A stretch of DNA of 64,000 nucleotides from a virus (Duplodnaviria; Caudoviricetes), in IMG/VR virus record IMGVR_UViG_3300028048_000055, positions 32,001-96,000 of that record. One strand, 5' to 3'. Within the stretch, counting starts at the first letter, position 1. Each line of letters starts with the position of its first letter. The translations under genes and the position numbers were made by a program. Positions 53,690-63,852 of this stretch are shown here, piece after piece. The notes beneath the pieces are model-generated. The model was not told where the DNA came from. It was given only the letters and a program-made list of their open reading frames with translations, and made no database searches.

Positions 53690-53934
53690 TCCGGTTTTTT
53701 ATTTTATAATTTTATATTCATTTGTTTTTTATTTAAATTATTTAAAAAATTATTACCGTATTTATTTTTAACATAATTTAAATATTTATCACAATTTAAA
53801 ATTATTTTAATATTATGTTTTTTCATACATTTATATTTTGCTGAGTCTATTCTGCAACATGCTATATTATTTATAAAAAGTTAGACCAGTCCTGCAAGAC
53901 TGGTCAAGTGTAACTGAGGTAACACCTGTCCTTT

Positions 53935-55080
53935 TTATGATTTAGGTCTTACACAAATCATAAAACCTAAAAATCCTAATAAATATAATCCTGCTAAAAT
54001 TAAATATAATGTATTGTCGGTAAATGTATTAGCTAAAATCACTGAAGTAATTCCAGCTAAACCCCAACCAGAAAGAGTCATAGAATGAACTGTTGATAAA
54101 CAACTACTTCCAAATTCTTTAGCTAATAATGAAGGCAATACAGAAAAATTACCACCATAAGAAAATTCACAACATAATATACCGATAACCAAAAGAATAG
54201 GATTTTGTGTATAGCAAAGGAATGCACCAAGTATTCCAAGGCTTGCAACCCAGTGATACGCAGCCTTTCGACCAATATAGTCAGAAGCAGTGCTCATTCC
54301 AAATCTACCGCCGACATTAGCAATAGCAGTCGCAGCCATCAATGTAGCAATCGCAGTATAACCAGCATTAAGGAATAATCCTTTTTCTTGTGAAATCAAT
54401 GCAAGACCACATGTGATATTAATAAAGAACATAAACCATACAGAAATATATTCCTTGGTCAAGAATTTATCTTTTACCAATACCTTATAAGGTATAGCTG
54501 TATATTTAGTAGAAATATAATTTGGATTAGGTTTATAAAGCCATGAACATAATGACATTATAACCAAGAATATTCCAGACAGAATCAAGAATACGTTTGG
54601 TAATGTAAAGTTATTCAATAAGTATTCAATAACTGGAGCAAATACGAATTTACCAGTTCCGAAACCAGTAATAGCCAAACCAGAACAAAGACCAGCATGA
54701 TCCTGGAAGTTTGCCACTAGTTGTTTAATAGGCGCAGTGTAACCTATACCAGTTCCTGTTCCCATGAATATACATGCTATATAATATAATGGTAATATAG
54801 CAAGACTGGTAGCAGCAAATAATGCTAGCATACCGATAGAGAAAAGGACGGTAGAAACAACAGCCATCTTTTTAGGATTCATTTCTACCATTCTACCGAA
54901 TACGGCTGCACCCATTCCAAGGAAGAATATTATAAGCATAAAGCCTATATCGCCTTGGAATTTAGAAATGTCGAATAATTGTTGAATATTTGCCGAATAT
55001 TGTGAAAAATTATATACTGTTCCAAGAGACATCGGCAAAAGAATCCCTGGAAGCAGTATTTGAGTGAATCTATTTGTCAT
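53935..55080 (-). CDS. MFS transporter, oxalate:formate antiporter (OFA) family
   Basis: about 12 TM segments; GLAITGFG, NVGGRF...SDYIGR and YGGNFS motifs. Confidence 0.85.
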   Translation of the reverse strand: MTNRFTQILLPGILLPMSLGTVYNFSQYSANIQQLFDISKFQGDIGFMLIIFFLGMGAAVFGRMVEMNPKKMAVVSTVLFSIGMLALFAATSLAILPLYYIACIFMGTGTGIGYTAPIKQLVANFQDHAGLCSGLAITGFGTGKFVFAPVIEYLLNNFTLPNVFLILSGIFLVIMSLCSWLYKPNPNYISTKYTAIPYKVLVKDKFLTKEYISVWFMFFINITCGLALISQEKGLFLNAGYTAIATLMAATAIANVGGRFGMSTASDYIGRKAAYHWVASLGILGAFLCYTQNPILLVIGILCCEFSYGGNFSVLPSLLAKEFGSSCLSTVHSMTLSGWGLAGITSVILANTFTDNTLYLILAGLYLLGFLGFMICVRPKS

Positions 55081-55239
55081 ACAGTCTATTTATGTTATAA
55101 ATAATTAAAAAGGACTGATATGAAAAATAATAATTATTTCAACGATGACATAACCGACAAGGTATTGGATATTGTCGTAGCAGTTCTTCTGTTAGGCAGT
55201 ATTGCGGGTATAATATTCTTATTTTGTAGGGTTTAATAT

Positions 55240-56142
55240 ATGTTGATAGATCAAATTCGTCATATTATGCAAGAAGACGGGTTAGAAATGACCATTGATG
55301 ATGCTTTATTAAAATTGGCAGAATCTGGATATCTTGTATATGATAAAAATCAGAATCTTTTAAATGAAGGTATTTTAAAGAAAGCATTAGGAGTAGGAGC
55401 TCTTGCAGCTGGTTTAGCATTTGGTAATAGTGGTGTTCAGCAGAAACAAGTTCAAGATGATTCCTTTGGTAAAGGTTCTACCGTTCATGTCCAGCTAAGA
55501 AAAGATTTACCGTCTGATAAATATGGCGTCCCAACCAGTTATAAGGTTAAGGATAAGTCAGTTGTTAAAGGAATGAGTCTTAGAGAAGAAATCGAGTTGA
55601 CTAAGAAGAAAATTCTTGCTACGCCTGATTCGATGTTAAAGAAAGAAGGAAAAGATGATATAGATAGGATAGCAAAGTATATTACAAATACAGCTAATGC
55701 CTATAATGTCGATGTTGATATCTTATTGGCTATTGCAGGAGCAGAATCCAATTATAAACATGGTGGCACTGTAAGTAATAAAGGTGCAAGAGGATTAATG
55801 CAGTTAACAAAAGTTGCTGCTAAAGACACTCATGTAAGATTAAAAGGTAATTCTGAAGAAACGTTTAATTTTGACGATATGTGGGATCTTAAAAAGAATA
55901 TAGATGCTGCAGGTCGAATGATTGCTAACCTTTCACAGAAGCATAAGAATGTTATTGAAATGATGCTTGCTGCTTATAACGGTGGTCAGAAACAAGCTAC
56001 AGCATGGAGAGCATATAAAGCTAATTCAAAATATGACAAAGATGGTAATATTGCTCCAAAGCTTACAAAAGAAAGTCGACAATATGTTGAAAAATGTATG
56101 CGACTATATAAAATATATAAGAAAATTCAAAATAATGCATAG
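55240..56142 (+). CDS. lytic transglycosylase (SLT domain)
   Basis: AES...SNKGARGLMQL...LAAYNGG. Confidence 0.88.
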   Translation: MLIDQIRHIMQEDGLEMTIDDALLKLAESGYLVYDKNQNLLNEGILKKALGVGALAAGLAFGNSGVQQKQVQDDSFGKGSTVHVQLRKDLPSDKYGVPTSYKVKDKSVVKGMSLREEIELTKKKILATPDSMLKKEGKDDIDRIAKYITNTANAYNVDVDILLAIAGAESNYKHGGTVSNKGARGLMQLTKVAAKDTHVRLKGNSEETFNFDDMWDLKKNIDAAGRMIANLSQKHKNVIEMMLAAYNGGQKQATAWRAYKANSKYDKDGNIAPKLTKESRQYVEKCMRLYKIYKKIQNNA

Positions 56143-56202
56143 TTGATACGGGTTTACAAAACCCGTTTTCTTTTCTATATTGTATATGTTATAGAGGATA
56201 TT

Positions 56203-56580
56203 ATGTCGAATTTACAAGAAGAAAATACAATTCTCGTCGGAAGACTTGATGCATTGTCTAAAGACCATACAAGGGTATGTGATGAAAATGTCGAACTTAA
56301 GAATCAGATTAAGGCTCTTAAGTCTGAAATCGCAACCAATACAAAGACTTCGCCAAATATGGTTTTTGTAAAGCGAGAATTTATTGACTTGATTATGCAT
56401 CAAGCACTTACATGGGCTAAACAATTTAATATTAAAATTGATAGTTATAAGACAGAAGGCTCTAAGACAACTTTAGTTCTTGATAGTGGAGAATATCAGA
56501 ATCCAGATTTATTTAATGACATGGTAACTATTCTTCAATCTGAAATTACAAAGGAAATTGATAAACAGGAAGCTAAGTAA
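56203..56580 (+). CDS. hypothetical coiled-coil protein
   Basis: GAGGA SD. Confidence 0.65.
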   Translation: MSNLQEENTILVGRLDALSKDHTRVCDENVELKNQIKALKSEIATNTKTSPNMVFVKREFIDLIMHQALTWAKQFNIKIDSYKTEGSKTTLVLDSGEYQNPDLFNDMVTILQSEITKEIDKQEAK

Positions 56581-56870
56581 TGAACTTAACAGATTTTGCA
56601 ATATGGCGTTTTCGTAATGCAGAAGGCGTTATGGATTATGTAGAATCATGGAACGCTACTGAATGTCGTTTAAATGTAAACGGAAAACATATTAAAATTA
56701 CATATGATATCGAGCATGAAATAGCTACGATTTCTAATCTTGATAATGAGTTTATGTTCGATACAAAAGTATCATTTAAGGATTTTGTTTCTACTTTGAC
56801 TAGCCTTGGCTATTACAAAGAAAGAACAGTTAATCGTCATTCTTTAAGTTATAAGGACAGAAGAGACTAA
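56580..56870 (+). CDS. hypothetical protein
   Basis: TAATG coupling. Confidence 0.65.
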   Translation: MNLTDFAIWRFRNAEGVMDYVESWNATECRLNVNGKHIKITYDIEHEIATISNLDNEFMFDTKVSFKDFVSTLTSLGYYKERTVNRHSLSYKDRRD

Positions 56871-57181
56871 TGAGTAGTTATAAAGTAGAACGATATCATG
56901 ATATTAAGAATGTATTTAACAATATAACAAGTATTGCTGATCCTGCTTTCTGTAATTATGTTGAACTAAAAGAAAATACTGATGCACTTGCATTAAATTT
57001 TATTGTCAAGAGCCCAATGGTTGAAGGCAAGATTGATTATTATTATCAATTTGGTGATTCGCAAGTACATAGGTTTCTTAATGATCAAGATGAACGGGTT
57101 ATGACAATTAATCCGGAAAAACTTCATAATCATGTTATGATGGATATTAATGATTTTGTGAGAGGAAAGGCTATAGCATGA
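56870..57181 (+). CDS. hypothetical protein
   Basis: TAATG coupling. Confidence 0.65.
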   Translation: MSSYKVERYHDIKNVFNNITSIADPAFCNYVELKENTDALALNFIVKSPMVEGKIDYYYQFGDSQVHRFLNDQDERVMTINPEKLHNHVMMDINDFVRGKAIA

Positions 57182-57390
57182 TTGCGGGTGATGAAATTAA
57201 ATATACAACAGAACGACTTAAGTTGATCGTAAATAACAGTGATTCCGAAGTCGAAAGATTTATTGCTGTTCAAGCTATTAATTCTTTAGCACAATTACAA
57301 GCTGGAATAGCTAATTTGGAAAATCATCCAAAGCTTGAAGACATGGCTTCAGAATTTTTTAAAGATGAGGTGAATAATGACAATACTTGA
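57178..57390 (+). CDS. hypothetical protein
   Basis: ATGA coupling. Confidence 0.6.
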   Translation: MIAGDEIKYTTERLKLIVNNSDSEVERFIAVQAINSLAQLQAGIANLENHPKLEDMASEFFKDEVNNDNT

Positions 57391-57637
57391 GTTGTTTAGA
57401 AAGGTGTTTGGTTGTTTTAGTGATGATGATACATATATTGAAATAACCGATGACGATCATGTACTTAAAATCGATAATCTTACTGATGCATATAATAATA
57501 AAGAAAAATCAGAAGTTATCGGTAATATTGTTTCCGCAGTAATTGATGAAAAAGAAAAGTCATTTGTTTCTTATACAGAAGAAGCAATGGATGAAGTTAC
57601 TAACGGAAAGTTCAAGTTTAAGAAGTATAGAAAATAA
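57377..57637 (+). CDS. hypothetical protein
   Basis: GAGGTG SD. Confidence 0.6.
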   Translation: MTILELFRKVFGCFSDDDTYIEITDDDHVLKIDNLTDAYNNKEKSEVIGNIVSAVIDEKEKSFVSYTEEAMDEVTNGKFKFKKYRK

Positions 57638-57693
57638 CAAAAAACTCAGATACCTCGACATAAATACAACAAGATTTTCTAAGGAGAGTTTTT

Positions 57694-57918
57694 ATGGCGA
57701 AGTATTACACAGAACGTTGCGAATTTGATGACGATGTTGATGCTGATGAAATCTATGAATCAATTATTTCAGATATCGAAAGTAATCGAGATGAAAGAGT
57801 TAATTGGCGTCAAGCGAAATCAGTTCTAAAGTATATTAAGGAATCTATTGATGAAGGAGTAAATTCTGATGATATCTATGAAGCTGCTATGCATCAATTA
57901 GATGAATTAGAACTTTAA
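57694..57918 (+). CDS. small acidic protein
   Basis: AAGGAG SD; very D/E-rich. Confidence 0.65.
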   Translation: MAKYYTERCEFDDDVDADEIYESIISDIESNRDERVNWRQAKSVLKYIKESIDEGVNSDDIYEAAMHQLDELEL

Positions 57919-58120
57919 TCTATGGAATTTTTATCAGAAAGTGTTAAATATGGCATTATTCTTAGTTTTATAGAACTTATCATATTAATAATTTCAGCAT
58001 TCTTTTATAATAACGAAACGGACGATCTCATGGAACGAGCTTGTTCGTTTTTAAAATTTATATTAGCTTTTATAGTTTTAAATATAACATTTATTGGAAT
58101 TTTAAATTATAGGTGACAAA

Positions 58121-58891
58121 ATGGACGAAAACAAGACAAGAAATATAGAATTTACCGCAGTCGTTTGTAGTTATAAGGCGAATCGTGCATTTAAGTTGTG
58201 TCTACATCAGTTAGCTAGATATGGATTCAATAAGGATTCATTAATTATTTCTGAAAATAGCCCTACTTATTATACAAGTAATAGGGCTTTGCTTGATAAG
58301 TATAATATTAAGTATATTCAGAATCCGGATGCAAATCTAACTGATGCACTTAATGCTATATTGCCGACCATAAAGACAAAGTATGCTTTGATTATCGATA
58401 CTGATACATTCTGTGTCATTGACCCGATTAAGGTATTCGAAAATGTAAAGAAGCATAAGTTGCAGCTTTTTGGTAATATTACTAATACTCGTGGCGGTTT
58501 TAAGACTCATAAGAGAGTAGAACCTTGTTATTGCTTTATCGATGTAGAATTTATGAACAAAAATAAGATTCTCTTTAATGATATGGCAAGAATCAATGCT
58601 ACAAATTCATTATCAATGGTTGACAGAAACCATTTCATGGATAACAAGAATCTTAATGCAGTTTATTATGACGCTGGTTCTACTATGTTCGAAGATGTTC
58701 AGAAAGCTGGTGGTGTAGTAGGTGATATTGGCGAATTCTTGCCTTATATTCATATCGGTACAGTTAGCTGGCAAGAACTGTTGAATAATAAGGAACTGAT
58801 TGCCAAAAATGATAATTGGATTGACTTGCTTTATGGTAAGCTCCAGTTCGACGAACAATATTTAAGATTGCTTGGTGAAAAGAAGTCATAA
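58121..58891 (+). CDS. glycosyltransferase (GT-A/GT2-like)
   Basis: AVVCSY...ISENS...LIIDTDTF (DxD). Confidence 0.7.
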   Translation: MDENKTRNIEFTAVVCSYKANRAFKLCLHQLARYGFNKDSLIISENSPTYYTSNRALLDKYNIKYIQNPDANLTDALNAILPTIKTKYALIIDTDTFCVIDPIKVFENVKKHKLQLFGNITNTRGGFKTHKRVEPCYCFIDVEFMNKNKILFNDMARINATNSLSMVDRNHFMDNKNLNAVYYDAGSTMFEDVQKAGGVVGDIGEFLPYIHIGTVSWQELLNNKELIAKNDNWIDLLYGKLQFDEQYLRLLGEKKS

Positions 58892-58898
58892 ATAATAC

Positions 58899-59678
58899 AT
58901 GGAATGGTCACTTGTTGATTTAAAAAACCTAGTAGCAGAATATAATAAAACATATTTCAATGATGAAATAGAAAAGCCTATAGTAATTAAATGGGACTAT
59001 AGTTCTTTCAAGAATGTTGAGTGTACATATGCTACTATGCAATATAAGAACAAGACCCATATTCTAAGGGTTAATCCTATTCTACATGATTGTTCCCCAG
59101 AATTAATGAAAAATACATTGGTCCATGAACTTATACATGCATGGCAAGATGAATGGGAAGATCAGTCAGCAAAGGATTATGATCCTCATAAAGGCAAGTT
59201 TATTGAATGGTGTCAATATTTAAATAGTAATTTTAATTTTAAGTTTCCAATAGATGAACTTGCTTCCAAAAAAGAAGGTAAATCCTTAAAAAGAACTATC
59301 TACAGTTTGTATTACGTCTATAAGGATTTTCAAGCCAAAGACGGAAATACCCATACTGTAGGTCTTTTTATAAAAGTTATATCTGCGGCAGATATTGGTA
59401 GATTAAAAGCACATGGCCTTAAAGTAAAACATTATTTACATCCTAAGGGTTCATCAGAATGTGAACGTTCAGAATATATTGGTAAGCCAATTAGAACGTT
59501 TATTGATAAAGAAGGCTATACCCATCCTGTTACTGTTCCATTAGCACCAGTTTTAAAGATGTCAGGCGAATCCGCACAAAAATTCTTACATGATATCCAA
59601 TCTTTAACTAATAAGAATTATATGCCAAGCACTTGGTGGGATTTTGAATTTAATTTCGAAGACGGAATTGAAAAATAG
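58899..59678 (+). CDS. SprT-like metalloprotease
   Basis: YNKTYF...TLVHELIH...H.GKF. Confidence 0.8.
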   Translation: MEWSLVDLKNLVAEYNKTYFNDEIEKPIVIKWDYSSFKNVECTYATMQYKNKTHILRVNPILHDCSPELMKNTLVHELIHAWQDEWEDQSAKDYDPHKGKFIEWCQYLNSNFNFKFPIDELASKKEGKSLKRTIYSLYYVYKDFQAKDGNTHTVGLFIKVISAADIGRLKAHGLKVKHYLHPKGSSECERSEYIGKPIRTFIDKEGYTHPVTVPLAPVLKMSGESAQKFLHDIQSLTNKNYMPSTWWDFEFNFEDGIEK

Positions 59679-59757
59679 TTAAAACTTTAAAAAAGGGGTT
59701 TACAATCCCTTTTTATTTGTTATATTATATTAAGTTTAACTTTTAAGGAGAAACACA

Positions 59758-61542
59758 ATGACAAAACTAAAATCATTAATCTTGTGCTTGTTAATGTGTG
59801 TATCAATGGCTTTTGCAGGTCTTGCAGACAATGCTTCAAAGTTCGTTGGTAATATCACTACTAATGGACAAATTCGTTCTGACTTTGGTCAGTATTGGAA
59901 TCAGATTACAGCAGAAAATGAATGTAAGTGGGCTTCAATTGAAGGCACTCGTGGGCGTTATAACTTCACCGGCTGTAAGAACGCTTACAACTGGGCAAAG
60001 CAGAATAATAGCTACTTTAAGTTCCATGCATTGCTTTGGGGTTCACAATATCCGAACTGGCTTGAAGGATTGAGCGTTGATGACACGAAGACAGCTATTA
60101 TGAACTGGTTTGATGCAGTCAAGAAGGAATTCCCAGACATTGACATGATTGACGTTGTTAATGAAGCTATCCGAACTGGCAATAATCAGTACCATTCCAA
60201 CTACCCGAAGACAAAGATCATTGAAGCAATGGGCGGAGATAATGGCAACTATACATTCATTGTCAATGCGTTTAAGGAAGCAAGAAAGAGATGGCCAAAT
60301 GCAGTCTTGATTTATAATGACTATAATACAGTTCAGTGGCAGAAGAATGAAGGTATTGATTTAATTAATAAGATTAAGCAGGGTGGTGCTCCGGTTGACG
60401 CATATGGTCTTCAGGCTCATGACATGCAAGTTGGCGGTGGTGGAAACAACGGAACTGGTGCTAATGGTTCTTGTTTGCCTCTAAGTCAGTTGAAGTCAGC
60501 GATTGAAGAAATTTGGACTAAGACACAGACACCAATGTTCATTTCAGAGTATGACATTGCGACAACTGATGACAATGACCAGAAGAATTGCTATTCTCAG
60601 CAGATTTCTTACTTCATGGAAAATGAACATATTGCTGGTATTACTATTTGGGGTTATATCTATGGTTCTACTTGGACAAGCGGTGGTAACTCTGGCATTA
60701 TCAGAAATGGTCAAGATAGACCTGCAATGACTTGGCTTAAGGAATATTTGCCTTCTCATCCAGGTAACAATACAACAGGATTGCTTGGAAGTATAGCAGT
60801 TGAGCCTGAACCACAGAAACCGTTTAAGGGTAAGGCATTTGATTTGACCTCTCCTATTGAAGCAGAAGATTTCGATATTCCTGGTAAGGGTAGAAATGAA
60901 GACGGAACAAATAATAATTCCTATTCTGCAAGTGGTTCTTGCGATGATACTTGGAATACAACATATCGTGAAGGAACAACTGTTAGTATTGGCGAAAAGA
61001 ATGGTGGTTTAGTTATTGGTTGTAATCCTACTGGAAACTATTATGAATATACAATTAAGGTTCCAGAAGCTGGTAATTATATCGTATATGTTACTGTAGC
61101 TGCAGATGGTGAAGGCGCAGTTGTCTTCAAGAATGGTGATAAGGTAATTTCTGATACTATTAATTATTCTGGTGATTCTTGGACTAAGTTTGAAACAGCT
61201 AAGGGTCATGTAACATTTGATGCTCCTGGCGAACAGATTTTAACACTTGAAATCGCTAAGGGTTATATCGATGTCGATAAGTTCGAATTTATGGTAACAG
61301 ATTGTGCTCCAGGTGATGTAACTTGCGGTGGTCCGTCTATTGACTGTGATGCACATCCTGATGCTCCAGGTTGTGATATTGTAAGCTTTATGCCGATTAG
61401 ACAAGAACCTGTATTGCAGCATTTTAAGATTTTTGACCTTAATGGTAATTATCTTGGATTGGTAAGCGGCTATAGTAAGACTGGTGCAGCAAATGTAGTT
61501 GCAAATAAGTTACATACTCGTGTAATTTTGATTAAAAAGTAA
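59758..61542 (+). CDS. secreted GH10 endo-1,4-beta-xylanase with CBM6-like module
   Basis: signal peptide; QITAENECKW, FHALLW, DVVNE, YNDYN, GLQAH and ISEYD; IEAEDFD CBM. Confidence 0.9.
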   Translation: MTKLKSLILCLLMCVSMAFAGLADNASKFVGNITTNGQIRSDFGQYWNQITAENECKWASIEGTRGRYNFTGCKNAYNWAKQNNSYFKFHALLWGSQYPNWLEGLSVDDTKTAIMNWFDAVKKEFPDIDMIDVVNEAIRTGNNQYHSNYPKTKIIEAMGGDNGNYTFIVNAFKEARKRWPNAVLIYNDYNTVQWQKNEGIDLINKIKQGGAPVDAYGLQAHDMQVGGGGNNGTGANGSCLPLSQLKSAIEEIWTKTQTPMFISEYDIATTDDNDQKNCYSQQISYFMENEHIAGITIWGYIYGSTWTSGGNSGIIRNGQDRPAMTWLKEYLPSHPGNNTTGLLGSIAVEPEPQKPFKGKAFDLTSPIEAEDFDIPGKGRNEDGTNNNSYSASGSCDDTWNTTYREGTTVSIGEKNGGLVIGCNPTGNYYEYTIKVPEAGNYIVYVTVAADGEGAVVFKNGDKVISDTINYSGDSWTKFETAKGHVTFDAPGEQILTLEIAKGYIDVDKFEFMVTDCAPGDVTCGGPSIDCDAHPDAPGCDIVSFMPIRQEPVLQHFKIFDLNGNYLGLVSGYSKTGAANVVANKLHTRVILIKK

Positions 61543-61870
61543 TTATAGATTATATAAAAAATAAAAAGGCGGATTTTTTAATCCGTCTTTTTTATTAATC
61601 ATTTTTATATCCAATAATTATTTATAAGTCAAATATATTTACAAATTAAACATTTTTTACTATATTTTATTAAAAAGGATTGTTATATATGTTTGGATTT
61701 TTGAAAAAGATTTTTCCGGGTATGCCTGATATAGAAGAATGTGTACCACATCTTGTTAAACAGTCGGAAAAATATGATATCAAGAATATTCCATCAAAGG
61801 AAGAAATTGAAAAGTTTGTCGAATGCTTAGAACAAGATTCTAAGACAGGAGAAGTAGAAGAGGAATAAAA

Positions 61871-62143
61871 ATGAAAAAGTTAGCTATTATTTTAGTACTT
61901 ATGGCAAGTTTTGTATTTGCCGATGTCAAGTCTGATTTCACTTATGAAGTTGAAAATCGCGGTTGTCAACTTACAACTTGGATTGAAAACGATTTCGAGA
62001 GTGGAGTCGAATGGAAGTATTATGCAAAGTTTACTTGCACCGGTAAAGTAAAGCTTCCAGCAAAGATTTATGAACTTCAGTTCCTTGATGTTTCATATAA
62101 TCTTAAGGGCGAGCAAGTATTTACTTATGGAGTTGAAAAGTGA
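61871..62143 (+). CDS. small exported protein
   Basis: signal peptide MKKLAIILVLMASFVFA. Confidence 0.7.
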   Translation: MKKLAIILVLMASFVFADVKSDFTYEVENRGCQLTTWIENDFESGVEWKYYAKFTCTGKVKLPAKIYELQFLDVSYNLKGEQVFTYGVEK

Positions 62144-62464
62144 GTTTAAATAAATGTCTTAAATTTTTTGTCGCTGGTGCTTTAGGTGCTTTAACTGGTG
62201 TACTAGGAATGCCTCTTTGGACTGCATTCTTAGTTGGTATTATGGTTGGTATTTTATGGCCGGAAGGTTAATAGGAAAGCAAGATCCAGAAACTTGTGAG
62301 TTCTGTCATTTTGAAGGTTCAGAAGGTCCTAATATCGATTATGATGGTCTTGCCACTGACAGGTTTCATTTATATAATGCTGCACCTGGAAGATGGTTTA
62401 TAGAATGTTATGCTGACCAGAGTTCTAGGATTTTTTGCTGTCCTATGTGCGGGAGAGATTTACC

Positions 62465-62734
62465 ATGATACTTTATTATCTTGAAAATAAAGCGAAAACA
62501 AAATATGATAAGTATTATCGTAATGGTGCCGATTGTGGTGGCGAGCATTATGATGGAACACCTGATTTAATTTATGCACGTTTCTTTCTTGACGAAGAAA
62601 CTGCGAAGAAGCATATTAAGCGTGCTAATAACTAGTGGACTAAATATGACTTTGAAGTAAAGTCTATTGAGTTTGAAGATTTAATTAAACAAGAGAAGAA
62701 ATTAAAAACATTTTTTATAGATATTGAGGGCTAA
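62465..62734 (+). pseudogene. small gene with an in-frame TAG
   Basis: frame continues past TAG 62633 to TAA 62732, abutting the thg1 start. Confidence 0.4.
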
Positions 62735-62735
62735 A

Positions 62736-63542
62736 ATGATTGATAAAATGGGTGATAGACTTAAGTATTTAGAGGGTATAGAAGCAGGACGTGTTTTAAT
62801 TCCCCATTTGCCTATCTGTGTCCGTGTTGACGGTCGAGCCTTCCATACATTCACCCGAGGAATGAAACGACCATATGACATAGATATGAGCAATTCTATG
62901 ATAGAAACAATGAAGTATTTGGTCGAGAAGACAAATGCATGTATTGGTTATGTCCAATCAGATGAAATTTCATTGATTCTTTCTGATACTAAAGACCCTA
63001 TGTTTGGCGGTCGTGTTCAGAAACTTACTTCTGTTATTGCTTCTATGGCTACAGCTAAGTTTAATCAGGAAATTCATAAGTATTATCCTAATAAGCCACT
63101 TGCAGAATTCGATTGCCGTGTTTGGGTAGTTCCTAATAGAACTGAAGCAGCTAATACTATTCTTTGGAGAGAATATGATGCTATAAAGAACAGTATCTCT
63201 ATGGCAGCACGTGCATATTATTCTGATAAGCAATGCCTTGGTAAGAACAGTGACCAAAAGAAAGAAATGCTTAAGGAAAAAGATGTTGATTGGGATGCTT
63301 ATCCTGGATTCTTCAAGAGAGGAACTTATGCTCGTAGGATTACTACTCAACGTAAGTTGACCGTTGAAGAGATTAGTAAACTTCCGGAGCGTCATAATGC
63401 TAGACAGAATCCTGACTTGCTTGTAACTAGGTCAGAAATTAAGGTTATTGATAATATGCCTTATTTTGAATATATTACAAACAGAGAAGCATTTATTTTT
63501 GACAATGCGGAACCAGAATTACCGGAATTTATTTTGGAATAA
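62736..63542 (+). CDS. thg1: tRNA(His) guanylyltransferase / Thg1-like protein
   Basis: VRVDGRAFHTFT, YVQSDEISL, FGGRVQKL, FDCR and KRG motifs. Confidence 0.92.
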   Translation: MIDKMGDRLKYLEGIEAGRVLIPHLPICVRVDGRAFHTFTRGMKRPYDIDMSNSMIETMKYLVEKTNACIGYVQSDEISLILSDTKDPMFGGRVQKLTSVIASMATAKFNQEIHKYYPNKPLAEFDCRVWVVPNRTEAANTILWREYDAIKNSISMAARAYYSDKQCLGKNSDQKKEMLKEKDVDWDAYPGFFKRGTYARRITTQRKLTVEEISKLPERHNARQNPDLLVTRSEIKVIDNMPYFEYITNREAFIFDNAEPELPEFILE

Positions 63543-63546
63543 TATA

Positions 63547-63852
63547 ATGAATAATATGATACCATCTGAAGCATTAGCTGATGTCTTTGATTTTGTTGCT
63601 TTATTTGCTAGACATGAGTTTTTTACAAAAGAACTTTATAAGCAAGTAGAGTGTGACGTAGATACAAGAGATAAAGCAGAAGTATTTATTGCATTTTTAT
63701 GTAATATGCTTTATGCTAGAGGAATTTATGTTACACCGTGTGGCAGTGCATGGTTCCATGTTTGGGACGACAGTAAAATGTGTGAAACTTATCGTGAAAT
63801 GTGGATGCCTGTTTATCAAGCATATACTGATTGGCAACTTAAACAGAGGTAG
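63547..63852 (+). CDS. hypothetical protein
   Basis: ORF downstream of thg1. Confidence 0.6.
   Translation: MNNMIPSEALADVFDFVALFARHEFFTKELYKQVECDVDTRDKAEVFIAFLCNMLYARGIYVTPCGSAWFHVWDDSKMCETYREMWMPVYQAYTDWQLKQR

Noticed and set aside
53690-53880. Very AT-rich intergenic stretch as a replication origin
   Set aside because: No iterons or other support; it lies between convergent genes with terminator hairpins.
62465-62734. Stop-codon reassignment suggested by in-frame TAG (62633) and TGA (26286)
   Set aside because: Long conserved genes have no internal stops, TAG and TGA end real genes, and no suppressor tRNA was seen. Isolated nonsense changes or sequencing errors are more likely.
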